DNA from: a virus
Taxonomy: Duplodnaviria; Heunggongvirae; Uroviricota; Caudoviricetes
Length of the DNA stretch: 64,000 nt
Strand: one strand, 5' to 3'
IMG/VR virus record: IMGVR_UViG_2778261510_000005
Under the pieces are notes generated by a model that saw nothing but the letters and a program-made list of their open reading frames with translations, did not search any database and was not told the DNA's origin. Positions within the stretch are counted from its first letter, which is position 1. Each line of letters begins with the position of its first letter. Made by a program: the position numbers and the translations under genes. Of the stretch, positions 32,664 to 42,330 are shown piece after piece.

Positions 32664-34918
32664 ATCGCCATAACGTCATGAGCAACACCACGAGTGTCTC
32701 CCTTACAAGACACAGAACGTCTGGCAAAGAGAGGTTCCACTCTGAAGCCACTGTCCTGATAAAGTTCTCTGATGTTTGGCGCGCCACTGTTTGTAATGAG
32801 AACTTTTGCACCTCGACGATGAGCATCCGTCAACAGAGACACCAGGCGTTTTTGCTCTTCAAACTTAAAGTCATGACCGGAATAGTTCGTGAATCCCTCT
32901 GTATTTGGAAGCGGTTCATACGGCGGATCGCAAAAGATGACATCTCCTTCTCCGGCAGCTTCAATCACCGCTGCAAAATCACCGCATACAAACTCAGACC
33001 GCCCTTCCGCACCGAGGAAGGCTTCCATCTCCTGTAATGGGAAATACGGAGTTTTATACTTCCCATAACCGACATTGAACTCACCGGCCTGGTTGTAACG
33101 CGTCAATCCGTTAAAACAATGTCGGTTCAGGAACAAAAACGCCGCTGCGCGATGTAAATCATCATAGACTTGTTTGTTAAACGCATTCCGTACTGCCAGG
33201 TATCCTTCCTGTGTGTTGTAGTCCTGGAAAAAACGATGTGCCAGAGTGATAAGTGAATGCGCCTCGCGTTGCAGAGTCTTGTAAAAGTTAATCAGGTCAG
33301 CATTCACATCATTTAGCAGATTTTCCTGGTATCCGGCATTCATGAAGACAGCTCCGCCACCAACGAAAGGTTCAATCAGGCGCTTCCCTTCTGGCAAATA
33401 GCGAAAGATTTGTTCCAGAACACCAAATTTTCCACCAGCCCATTTGAATATGGACCGTTCGAATTCTGCCGCTGGTTTAACTTTTCGCTCTTTTGTTTCA
33501 CTTCCTTCTTTCTGCCGACATACGGCCTTAGTAATCCGATCGCCAATCCAGCGCATTACTGGTATTGCCATACTATTGCCGATCGCTTTGTAACGCGGTC
33601 CGTCAGCTGCAAGCATCGCGGCCTCTTCTTCGCTTAAATCTGGATAGTGATTGCGAAGATATGCCAGTTCATCTGAATTAACTTTTTTACGCTTTTCCGT
33701 CGGGATCAACGTATGCCCATCAGGAAAACCTTGCAGCCTTTCACATTCGACAGGGGTAAGACGGCGGACAGCTACTTCTGCGTTTCTTACTTCATAGCAA
33801 ACAGCTGTTGGATTTTTAGCCATTAGAGATGGTGAAGTATTCTTAGTTGCAGCATGTTGTGTACCGCTCATACGCTCAGGAAAAGCCAATGTAACAAGAT
33901 GCTCATGGCTTTCTTGCTCACGTGCCCGCAATGTACCATGCCCTTCTGACCAAAAACCTGCTCCTGTGCTGCTAAAAACGGCAAGGTCAGTGGCATCTTT
34001 AAAATCTCTTGCCTTTACTGTCGATGCGGTTTCATCGTCAATATATTCCCCAAATGCCGCCATCCTGAAAGCGTTTACGGCTTTCGTCGATTTCATACCG
34101 GGTGGCATGTCAGCGTGTAGGCATGGATTTAGGCTTTCGCCACTGATTGCAGCGCCATTTGCAATAATGGCGGAAGCGATTTCCTTCTTTTTTCGGCTCG
34201 GCGCAATATTCCGGCGCACGCCTTCGAACTCAAAAAGTACCGTTGCGGGATCGAAGTCTGTTCGAGCACTTGCGACAACAAACACGCGTCGGCGTCGTTG
34301 TGCCACTCCGAAGTATTGGGCATCAAGGATTCTCCAGGCCACCTTTCGCTGCGGTCCATAAATACAACCACACTGCGGCCACTTTGGAGCATGGCAACCG
34401 GTTTTGCCATCCCACCGCCAGAACGCGTTACTTTTTCCTGATTCAGGTCGATCACCTGGTTCAAATGGCGCATCTTCTCCAGCCAATCCGGCAAGGAAAC
34501 ATCCGAAGGCGTTATCTGCCGATGACAAGACTCCTGGGACATTTTCCCAGACGATAACGGCTGGTTTGAGAAATGACTCAGCCCGTTTGTCGTCAATTGC
34601 ATTTGCAAGCTCCACATACTTTAAAGTTAGCGCGCCACGCTCATCATCAAGCCCACCACCTAATCCTGCGATACTGAATGCCTGACAAGGTGTTCCCCCG
34701 ACGAGCACATCAGGGGATTCGATTTCCCCAGCCAGGACTTTTTGGGCAAGTTTTGTCATGTCGCCAAGGTTGGCGACATGGGGCCAGCGGTGCGCAAGAA
34801 CGGCAGATGGAAAAGGCTCGATTTCAGCAAACCACGCCGGACGCATACCCAACGGTTCCCAGGCAATACTCGCGGCTTCAATTCCACTGCAAACAGATCC
34901 ATAGCACAGCTCTTTCAC
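32654..34918 (-). CDS. dmt: Dmt, bifunctional DNA methyltransferase (C5-cytosine MTase N-terminal + Dam-like N6-adenine MTase C-terminal)
   Basis: 754 aa; N-terminal C5-MTase motifs ([14 protein letters not shown]) and C-terminal DPPY motif; same length as P1 Dmt. Confidence 0.88.
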
Positions 34919-35820
34919 TGCTTAGCCTCTCCACCAAGGGCATTTACCAGAGCATCAACCAGGCACGAAATTTCACTGGTCAACAGGAAGAAATCTGCGT
35001 CCAGTCGCTGCGCAACATCTTCATTATCAATATCAGAGTTCTGCTCAAGCAATTCATCCGCAAATTTGACGCTGGTAAGGCTGAAGTTATGGTCCAGTGT
35101 AAATTTAATGCGGTTCTGCCAGTCGAGTGCCAACTTAGTGACGAGCTTGCCAGCTTCCAGGTGTGTGGAAATTTCATCGCTTCCCAAATCCTGCTTTTTC
35201 ACTCGGGCAATACCGCCATCCTCAAGCACTGCCTTAAGTTCTGCCGCATCCCCCATTTGAAATCCTTGTGGAGCACTACCATCACGTACCCAGTCGGTCA
35301 GCGTTAATTCAATGGGATTTTCAACACTCAGGGGAACAACAGGAAGAGAACCCAGAGACTTACGCATAAGCGCGAGCATATCCTCTGCCTGCCGCGCGCT
35401 GGCATTGATATAGATACGTTTAGTTGAACCGTCGTAGATCGCCTGGATAACAGAAAACTTTGAAAAAGCCCGTGGCAGAAGAGAATGCAGAACTTCGTCT
35501 TTCAGGGAGTCCTTCTCTGTTTTCTTCAGTTTACGCGCTTGTTCTTGCTCAAGTTTTTCAATTTTTTCTTGAATAGCTCGCTGGATAACCGGCGGGGGAA
35601 GAATTTTTGTTTCGCGCTTTGCTTCAACAAGGATAAAACCATTTCCATGCATAGCGATAACTTCGGAATTATCACCAAATGGAGATACAAAACCGAACTT
35701 GGCCATATCCTGACTACCGCATGGCGTGAAAAGGATCATTTTCTTTTTATCTTCTAAGTCGGTCAGATCCGCCTCACGAGAAAGTTTATAAATAGTAATG
35801 TTTTTCCAGTGCTTAAACAT
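34915..35820 (-). CDS. hrdC: HrdC, RdgC-like recombination-associated protein
   Basis: Start at internal ATG 35820 ([13 protein letters not shown]...), like the RdgC N-terminus; the longer ORF reaches 35934; translationally coupled to the upstream gene. Confidence 0.8.
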   Translation of the reverse strand: MFKHWKNITIYKLSREADLTDLEDKKKMILFTPCGSQDMAKFGFVSPFGDNSEVIAMHGNGFILVEAKRETKILPPPVIQRAIQEKIEKLEQEQARKLKKTEKDSLKDEVLHSLLPRAFSKFSVIQAIYDGSTKRIYINASARQAEDMLALMRKSLGSLPVVPLSVENPIELTLTDWVRDGSAPQGFQMGDAAELKAVLEDGGIARVKKQDLGSDEISTHLEAGKLVTKLALDWQNRIKFTLDHNFSLTSVKFADELLEQNSDIDNEDVAQRLDADFFLLTSEISCLVDALVNALGGEAKQ

Positions 35821-36169
35821 GTTGTAACCCTTGAATATCAACCACAGAAAGCTCGTCTTTGTAGAAAAAGGCCAGGTTGTGGCACCCCCTCGTTTGAGCG
35901 TATGAGCTGGGACCAATTTCGTTCTTCCAGACAAATGGCTTCAAATCCGTACGGCGAAGCATAAAAACGCGATTTGTTCCGCTCTGATTCCCAATGAGGC
36001 AAAAGCCTTCTTTCACCTTGATAGCCTGCAAGTTGTCGAGTTCACCGCTGGTTACACGGCTATCGAACTCTTTGCGGCTTATTAGCTCCATCTGCATCTG
36101 ACGACTCCAAACAAATGCCCATTGAAGGGCGATGGCTGAATGGTACCGAAAATACGACATAAAAAACAA
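35813..36169 (-). CDS. Hypothetical protein (118 aa) upstream of hrdC
   Basis: ORF overlapping the hrdC start by 8 nt, directly downstream of a C1 operator. Confidence 0.5.
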   Translation of the reverse strand: MFFMSYFRYHSAIALQWAFVWSRQMQMELISRKEFDSRVTSGELDNLQAIKVKEGFCLIGNQSGTNRVFMLRRTDLKPFVWKNEIGPSSYAQTRGCHNLAFFYKDELSVVDIQGLQHV

Positions 36170-36185
36170 TATTTATTAGAGCAAT
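36169..36185 (-). promoter_or_regulatory. C1 operator
   Basis: ATATTTATTAGAGCAAT, 16/17 match. Confidence 0.75.
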
Positions 36186-36266
36186 TTTGCAATAGTTGAA
36201 CTCCATGTAGACCACAAACAACCTGAGTTAAAATAACGAAAATCAGAGCAAATAATTGGTGATGAC

Positions 36267-36551
36267 GTGGCAAGTATTGCAACAAAAGACAGCATTTGTT
36301 CGGGGCACGGAGGATTCCCATCTAGGCCTCCTGTAGAGAGTGAACCACTACTTAAAGTCAACGGAGTCGAAGTGTTAGTTGATGGTAAGCAATATGCACA
36401 GCATACCGATGGAAACAGTACGCACGGTGGGCAAGCTATATCAACCAGGGCATGGTTTACCGTCAATGGTAAAGGGATCGTATGCGTTGGTGACCCTGTT
36501 TCATGCGGATCTACCGTAGCGTCCGGAGACGGCCTGGTTCAGGTAAGTTAG
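36267..36551 (+). CDS. PAAR-like small protein (94 aa, GTG start)
   Basis: Repeated xCxGHGG / VGDPVSCGS motifs resembling PAAR spike-tip proteins. Confidence 0.5.
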   Translation: MASIATKDSICSGHGGFPSRPPVESEPLLKVNGVEVLVDGKQYAQHTDGNSTHGGQAISTRAWFTVNGKGIVCVGDPVSCGSTVASGDGLVQVS

Positions 36552-36559
36552 GAGATATC

Positions 36560-37348
36560 ATGCTGGAAAAAGACTACCAGTTATCCGCATATAAAAAATT
36601 GGCCGCCGCCGGTGGGATGAAAACACCTGGTGCCATAACATCGGCACGAAACAGTGCTAACACAGCAAAACTGCTTGCAGAAGAATTGACCGGATTAATT
36701 CTGGATACAATTGTCTATCCCGACACTATTACCAGCTATGTTTCAACGATCAGAACAACCACAACCGGCTTAACGAACATTGTCGAACTGGCAACTAAGC
36801 ACGCGGACCTGTTGGCTGGTTATGCAGATCTGTCAATGCTGCTTCAACTCGATATTGGTTGGGATGTTTACTGCCGTGCTAATGAGCGAGAAGTATCAGA
36901 ACTGCCGATCTCTATTGCCATTGGTGATGTGACTATTACTAAATCGCTTGAGGACGCTGTAAACGCGCTTAATACATCAAGTTTAATCGCTGCTATGGGG
37001 GAGATTAACCAGACCCTTAACACTGGCTCAGGAAGCTCGTCAGGCTCTGGTTCAGGCGGCGGCACTGCCACTCCCCCACCAGCACTAACAGAAGAGCAAA
37101 TTGAATCTCTGAAAGTAGCAACTGAACAGTTTGGGGTTGTTTTCAACCAGACAACAGCGCCCACAACTGCGTTACAACAGCAGTATGAACGAGCGAATGA
37201 AAGCGCCAATGTAGCCATAACTGCTTATAACCATGCTATCGGTACTGCGCTTGCGGAAGCATCAGCAAATAAGGCCAGCACAGCCAGCGCAGTTGCTGCT
37301 TTGGTTCCTGATTCTGTTCTTGATGAATTAAACAAAGCGGCACAGTAA
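36560..37348 (+). CDS. Hypothetical protein with Gly/Ser-rich linker (262 aa from the RBS-preceded ATG)
   Basis: GGAGAT RBS before ATG 36560; internal GSGSSSGSGSGGG linker; the longer ORF starts at 36503. Confidence 0.65.
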   Translation: MLEKDYQLSAYKKLAAAGGMKTPGAITSARNSANTAKLLAEELTGLILDTIVYPDTITSYVSTIRTTTTGLTNIVELATKHADLLAGYADLSMLLQLDIGWDVYCRANEREVSELPISIAIGDVTITKSLEDAVNALNTSSLIAAMGEINQTLNTGSGSSSGSGSGGGTATPPPALTEEQIESLKVATEQFGVVFNQTTAPTTALQQQYERANESANVAITAYNHAIGTALAEASANKASTASAVAALVPDSVLDELNKAAQ

Positions 37349-37387
37349 CAAAGGACTTCATTGATAATTTTCCTTCAGGAGGAAGAC

Positions 37388-37810
37388 ATGTCATTCTTTT
37401 CTACGTTAAAAACAGCTTTGTCTTTGAAGGAGAAACTTGCTGCTACTGGTGTTCTTGTTCTGATTTGCGCACTTGTTGGTGCTGGGTTTGCATGGGAACG
37501 TCATCAGCTAAAGCAAGCCATCGAGAAAATTGGCAGTCTTGATCAGGCTGTTAAGGAACGTGATAAGTCAATAATGGATCTTAACCAGACCATTGAGACG
37601 ATGAACAAAGCAGATCAACATTTTCACAGCCAGGAAGTGAAAAATGAATCAGAGCAAGCCAAGTATGCTGACAGGCAAATGGAACGAAAAGCAGAAGTTC
37701 AGAAACAACTGGTTGCGGCGGGTAATGTTCGCCAGCGCATTCCTGCTGACACTCAGCGGTTGCTCCGGGAGTCGATCAGCGAATTTAACGCCGACGCCGA
37801 CAAAGGTTAA
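37388..37810 (+). CDS. i-spanin-like protein (N-terminal TM helix + periplasmic coiled coil)
   Basis: AGGAGG RBS; TM segment ATGVLVLICALVGAGFAW followed by a charged coiled coil; a lipoprotein ORF is embedded in another frame at its 3-prime end. Confidence 0.6.
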   Translation: MSFFSTLKTALSLKEKLAATGVLVLICALVGAGFAWERHQLKQAIEKIGSLDQAVKERDKSIMDLNQTIETMNKADQHFHSQEVKNESEQAKYADRQMERKAEVQKQLVAAGNVRQRIPADTQRLLRESISEFNADADKG

Positions 37811-37976
37811 CCACCCTGCCCCCAAAAGTGCATTTATGTGCAGGATGCCGGAGTTTAGCAGTGAATATTTTGATGATCTGCCAGCGTATATCCTCGATAC
37901 AGAAACGATGCTGATGGGGATTAACAGGAAGAATCGCAACGTTAATGATTACAACCGCGCTATCAGCGGTAACTAA
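37644..37976 (+). CDS. o-spanin-like lipoprotein embedded in/overlapping the upstream gene
   Basis: Lipobox LLTLSGC within a signal peptide, Pro-rich mature region; true start probably internal (ATG 37665 or 37725); overlaps the 37388..37810 gene out of frame. Confidence 0.5.
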   Translation: MNQSKPSMLTGKWNEKQKFRNNWLRRVMFASAFLLTLSGCSGSRSANLTPTPTKVNHPAPKSAFMCRMPEFSSEYFDDLPAYILDTETMLMGINRKNRNVNDYNRAISGN

Positions 37977-37987
37977 AAGGGATTTTT

Positions 37988-38380
37988 ATGTCTGATAAAG
38001 TAACAGTTAAGCAAACTATCAACAAAGCGACTTCAATCTATAAAATTGAGCAAATCACTGTTGGCAAGCCAGGATCTGAACAATACCGTCATGCTTTCGA
38101 ACTTGCCGATCAGCTTGGTTTAAAACACCCGGATTGTATCGAGCATGTATTTCCAACTTATGCTGATGAGCAATGTAATCAAGTGCTTATTGAAGAGGAT
38201 TTTTTCAGCACTGAAGAACGAGAAGGCGTTGATCGCTGCATTGGTGTGATTTGTTCTTCGGTAAGTGATGATTTATTCCCTAATGTTCCGGAAGGTGGTG
38301 GTGTTGGATACCAATTCCTGTATGAAGGCGATGAGCTTAAATGTTATGAACATGGTCTTCTTATCGAAAGCGTAGAATAA
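37988..38380 (+). CDS. Hypothetical protein (130 aa)
   Basis: ORF between the spanin-like pair and oriR. Confidence 0.6.
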   Translation: MSDKVTVKQTINKATSIYKIEQITVGKPGSEQYRHAFELADQLGLKHPDCIEHVFPTYADEQCNQVLIEEDFFSTEEREGVDRCIGVICSSVSDDLFPNVPEGGGVGYQFLYEGDELKCYEHGLLIESVE

Positions 38381-38420
38381 TACGGTTTCCTTCCAACCGG
38401 CTTTGTTGGCCGGTTTTTCA

Positions 38421-38690
38421 CTTATCCACATTATCCACTGGATAGATCCAATAATCAGGTCCATACAGATCCCAATTAGATCCATATAGATCCCTGATCG
38501 TCGTAGGCCGCGCCCCGTCTGGCTTAGAAGCCTTTCGCGATGTGTGCTGGAGGGAAAATGATGTGCGCTGGAGGGAAAAAAATGTGTGCTGACGGGTTGC
38601 TAATGTGTGCTGGCGGGATATAGGATGTGTGCTGACGGGAAAGCCTGGGTAGTTATCACCGCTTATAAAAACTATCCACATAATTCGGAA
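38421..38690. other. Plasmid replication origin oriR (DnaA boxes, GATC cluster, five 19-bp RepA iterons)
   Basis: Tandem DnaA boxes TTATCCACA/TTATCCACT at 38422-38439; five GATC in 7-bp repeats at 38441-38510; iterons (A)TGTGTGCTGGAGGGAAA at 38525-38640; another DnaA-like box at 38672. Confidence 0.9.
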
Positions 38691-38698
38691 AAAGTAAT

Positions 38699-39559
38699 AT
38701 GAATCAATCATTTATCTCCGATATTCTTTACGCAGACATTGAAAGTAAGGCAAAAGAACTAACAGTTAATTCAAACAACACTGTGCAGCCTGTAGCGTTG
38801 ATGCGCTTGGGGGTATTCGTGCCGAAGCCATCAAAGAGCAAAGGAGAAAGTAAAGAGATTGATGCTACCAAAGCGTTTTCCCAGCTGGAGATAGCTAAAG
38901 CCGAGGGTTACGATGATATTAAAATCACCGGTCCTCGACTCGATATGGATACTGATTTCAAAACGTGGATCGGTGTCATCTACGCGTTCAGCAAATACGG
39001 CTTGTCTTCAAACACCATCCAGTTATCGTTTCAGGAGTTCGCTAAAGCCTGTGGTTTCCCCTCAAAACGTCTGGATGCGAAACTGCGTTTAACCATTCAT
39101 GAATCACTTGGACGCTTGCGTAACAAGGGTATCGCTTTTAAGCGCGGAAAAGATGCTAAAGGCGGCTATCAGACTGGTCTGCTGAAGGTCGGGCGTTTTG
39201 ATGCTGACCTTGATCTGATAGAGCTGGAGGCCGATTCGAAGCTCTGGGAGCTGTTCCAGCTTGATTATCGCGTTCTGTTGCAACACCACGCCTTGCGTGC
39301 CCTTCCGAAGAAAGAAGCTGCACAAGCCATTTACACTTTCATCGAAAGCCTTCCGCAGAACCCGTTGCCGCTATCGTTCGCGCGAATCCGTGAGCGCCTG
39401 GCTTTGCAGTCAGCTGTTGGCGAGCAAAACCGTATCATTAAGAAAGCGATAGAACAGCTTAAAACAATCGGCTATCTCGACTGTTCAATTGAGAAGAAAG
39501 GCCGGGAAAGTTTTGTAATCGTCCATTCTCGCAATCCAAAGCTGAAACTTCCCGAATAA
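38699..39559 (+). CDS. repA: RepA plasmid replication initiator
   Basis: 286 aa, MNQSFISDILYADIESKAKELTVNSNNTVQPVALMRLGVFVPKPSKSKGESKEIDATKAF...; flanked by iteron arrays. Confidence 0.95.
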   Translation: MNQSFISDILYADIESKAKELTVNSNNTVQPVALMRLGVFVPKPSKSKGESKEIDATKAFSQLEIAKAEGYDDIKITGPRLDMDTDFKTWIGVIYAFSKYGLSSNTIQLSFQEFAKACGFPSKRLDAKLRLTIHESLGRLRNKGIAFKRGKDAKGGYQTGLLKVGRFDADLDLIELEADSKLWELFQLDYRVLLQHHALRALPKKEAAQAIYTFIESLPQNPLPLSFARIRERLALQSAVGEQNRIIKKAIEQLKTIGYLDCSIEKKGRESFVIVHSRNPKLKLPE

Positions 39560-39560
39560 G

Positions 39561-39805
39561 TGTGTGCTGGAGGGCAGCTGCATTTGAAAAATGTGCGCTG
39601 CCGGGTTGCGCCACGCAGTTTGCCCAGACATTCCCTCCAGCACACATCTAACCATCCAAGTTTCCCTCCAGCGCACATCTAATCTTCTATCTTTCCCTCC
39701 AGCACACATATTTGATACCAGCGATCCCTCCACAGCACATAATTCAATGCGACTTCCCTCTATCGCACATTCTGGTCCTGCATCATCCCTCCAGCACACA
39801 TCTAA
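39561..39805. repeat. incA copy-control iteron array (nine RepA-binding repeats in both orientations)
   Basis: Repeated GTGTGCTGGAGGG / CCCTCCAGCACACA units immediately downstream of repA. Confidence 0.9.
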
Positions 39806-39911
39806 TAGCCTCATCGCCATTTCTTTACGTGCAATAATTGACGCACGAATCAAAAAAAGTTGCACGTAGCAGAATCAAACGTACAATTCACTCATACGAA
39901 ATGATAAGGAG

Positions 39912-41123
39912 ATGATGATGAAACGCGATTACGGCGGTGTCGGCACCATAGCTCTTCGTGCAAGCGCATTACTTAAGGCCATGAGTCAGGATATTGAAGA
40001 TCAGCGCAAAGAGTTCAATCAGACCGAGTATTATCAGACGTTCACTCGTAACGCTGTGGCAAAGTTGCCGAAGCTGAGCCGCCGCATTGTGGAGCAGGCC
40101 ATCAAAGAGATGGAAGATGATGGGTACCAGTTCAACAAGAAACAGGTCGGTAACGTTGAACAGTACGCGCTGACCATCCAGAACGTCATTGATATCTATG
40201 CCCACCGTAAGATCCCCAAATATCGCGACATTCACAAATCGCCTTACGTTATTTTTGTCGTAAACCTGAAGGGTGGCGTATCCAAAACGGTTTCCACAGT
40301 CACGTTGGCGCACGCTCTGCGTGTGCATCAGGATTTACTGCGTCACGATCTGCGCATTCTGGTAATTGACCTTGACCCTCAGGCATCCAGCACAATGTTC
40401 CTCGACCATACTCACAGTATTGGTTCCATCCTGGAAACCGCCGCGCAGGCGATGCTGAACGACCTGGACGCGGAGACGCTACGCAAAGAGGTGATTCGTC
40501 CGACCATCGTTCCTGGCGTAGACGTGATTCCAGCCTCTATCGACGATGGCTTTGTTGCCAGCCAATGGAAAGAGCTGGTTGAAGAGCATCTTCCCGGACA
40601 AAATCAGTACGAAATCCTTCGACGCAATATCATTGATCGTGTTGCGGATGATTATGACTTTATCTTTATTGATACCGGTCCACACCTGGATCCGTTCCTG
40701 CTCAACGGTCTGGCGGCCAGCGATTTGCTGCTTACCCCTACCCCACCAGCCCAGGTTGACTTCCACTCAACACTGAAATATCTCACCCGTCTGCCAGAAA
40801 TGCTGGAGCAACTGGAGGAGGAAGGCGTAGAACCGCGTTTGAGCGCCAGCATTGGTTTTATGTCGAAGATGACCGGCAAGCGCGATCACGAGACATCACA
40901 CAGCCTTGCGCGTGAGGTTTACGCCAGCAACATTCTGGACTCTTCTCTGCCTCGTCTGGATGGCTTTGAGCGATGCGGCGAGTCTTTCGACACCGTAATC
41001 AGTGCCAACCCGCAATCGTATCCAGGCAGTGCAGAGGCGCTGAAGAAGGCACGAACCGAGGCCGAGCGTTTCACTAAGGCTGTGTTTGATCGAATTGAGT
41101 TTGTTAGGGGTGAGGCGGCATGA
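39912..41123 (+). CDS. parA: ParA partition ATPase (type Ia)
   Basis: 403 aa with deviant Walker A (KGGVSKT) and extended N-terminal DNA-binding region; diverged from P1 ParA but clearly homologous. Confidence 0.93.
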   Translation: MMMKRDYGGVGTIALRASALLKAMSQDIEDQRKEFNQTEYYQTFTRNAVAKLPKLSRRIVEQAIKEMEDDGYQFNKKQVGNVEQYALTIQNVIDIYAHRKIPKYRDIHKSPYVIFVVNLKGGVSKTVSTVTLAHALRVHQDLLRHDLRILVIDLDPQASSTMFLDHTHSIGSILETAAQAMLNDLDAETLRKEVIRPTIVPGVDVIPASIDDGFVASQWKELVEEHLPGQNQYEILRRNIIDRVADDYDFIFIDTGPHLDPFLLNGLAASDLLLTPTPPAQVDFHSTLKYLTRLPEMLEQLEEEGVEPRLSASIGFMSKMTGKRDHETSHSLAREVYASNILDSSLPRLDGFERCGESFDTVISANPQSYPGSAEALKKARTEAERFTKAVFDRIEFVRGEAA

Positions 41124-42085
41124 AAAAAATAGTTTCCCGTGGACGAGTGCTGGGCAAGAATAGCTCCGAGTTTGCTCGCATGCTTGAAGGCAGTGAAGGC
41201 ACCAAAACCTTTACCCTAAAATCTGGCCGCCAGGCTAAATTCTTGCTTACCGTCGTGCTGAGTGGTGAGATTGAGTCGCGCACGTTCGTTGACCCGGCAG
41301 TTAACGGCCGCGATCAGTCTCTGCTCACCCCTGAGTCGGTAAGCGATATTTCCCGCACCATTAAATTGCAACAGTTCTTCCCGGCTATCGGTCGTATGGT
41401 TGGGGAGCGCATTGAGGTATTGGACGGATCGCGTCGCCGTGCTGCGTGTATCTTCAATGAAACGAAATTTGAGATTCTGGTGACGAAAGATGAGATCAGC
41501 CTGGCGGATGCCCGCCAGCTGGCCATTGATATCCAGACAGCCCGCGAACACACTCTGCGCGAGCTGGGTAAACGCTTCGAGGTTATGTACGGTAAGAATA
41601 TGACCAAAGAAGAGATCGCCCGAGCTGAGAACATCTCAAAGGCTAAAGTGACGCGAGCTTTCCAGGCTGCCGCGGTGCCGGATGAGATGATTGCTGTCTT
41701 CCCCGTAGCCAGCGATCTCGCCCTTCCAGATTACCAGTTACTGCTCCAGATCGCCGAGGATGCTAACGCTAAAAGCGTGCCGATTGAAGAGCTGGTTGAT
41801 ACGGTGCGCGAACGAATTGCAGAGACTGAGGGCGCGAAAGAGGATAAAGCGAAGATACTGGCTATCTTCAAAGCGGAAAGCAAAAGCCTGAAGCCCGCGC
41901 CGGTTAAATCTGTGGTGGTTGAGAAGCTGCGAGACTTCTCTGACCGTCGCCAATATGCCCGAAAGAAGTCCGATCCGAAAAAACGGGTTGTCGCCTACGA
42001 GTTCTCCAGACTCCCGTCTGAAGTGCAAACTGAAATTGACGAAGCAATAAAAAAAATCATTGGGAAAATGTCTGCTGGGGAATAA
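41120..42085 (+). CDS. parB: ParB partition/centromere-binding protein
   Basis: 321 aa overlapping the parA stop; operon partner. Confidence 0.88.
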   Translation: MKKIVSRGRVLGKNSSEFARMLEGSEGTKTFTLKSGRQAKFLLTVVLSGEIESRTFVDPAVNGRDQSLLTPESVSDISRTIKLQQFFPAIGRMVGERIEVLDGSRRRAACIFNETKFEILVTKDEISLADARQLAIDIQTAREHTLRELGKRFEVMYGKNMTKEEIARAENISKAKVTRAFQAAAVPDEMIAVFPVASDLALPDYQLLLQIAEDANAKSVPIEELVDTVRERIAETEGAKEDKAKILAIFKAESKSLKPAPVKSVVVEKLRDFSDRRQYARKKSDPKKRVVAYEFSRLPSEVQTEIDEAIKKIIGKMSAGE

Positions 42086-42179
42086 TCCCGCTGGTGGGAG
42101 GCGGCTTTAGCCCCCTCCCCTGTCTAAAATGTCCCGCGCCTATTTCATGTATAAATATATGATATATATAGATATTCAT

Positions 42180-42260
42180 GAAAAATTTCAGACTGAAATT
42201 CCCACGGTTTCACGCCTGTTTTAGTTGGGGCCCTCCCCCGCACAAAAAATTTAAAAAATT
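42180..42260. other. Candidate parS centromere
   Basis: AT-rich region just downstream of parB with heptamer-like ATTTCAG / GTTTCAC boxes; no canonical P1 TCGCCA box B seen, so the partition specificity may differ. Confidence 0.35.
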
Positions 42261-42272
42261 ACTTTTAGCGAG

Positions 42273-42291
42273 AAAGTCAACAAGTGACTTT
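42273..42291 (+). promoter_or_regulatory. Perfect palindrome AAAGTCA-N5-TGACTTT upstream of the head gene, candidate late-promoter element
   Basis: Inverted repeat centred about 15 bp upstream of a TAAAAT -10-like hexamer, 40-60 bp before the major head gene start. Confidence 0.4.
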
Positions 42292-42330
42292 CAATAAAAT
42301 CTCTTCCGAAAAGGGATTCACACAAGTGCC

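Noticed and set aside
34678-35307. 209-aa and 172-aa plus-strand ORFs overlapping dmt and hrdC
   Set aside because: Antisense to two well-supported genes; Arg/Ser/Pro-rich translations typical of reverse-frame artefacts.
38521-39805. Direct-repeat arrays that could be mistaken for a CRISPR array
   Set aside because: The repeats are 19-bp RepA iterons flanking repA in both orientations with irregular spacing, next to DnaA boxes and a GATC cluster; no cas genes.
39485-39865. 126-aa ORF on the minus strand (and neighbouring short ORFs) over the incA iterons
   Set aside because: Low-complexity translation generated by the iteron repeats themselves.
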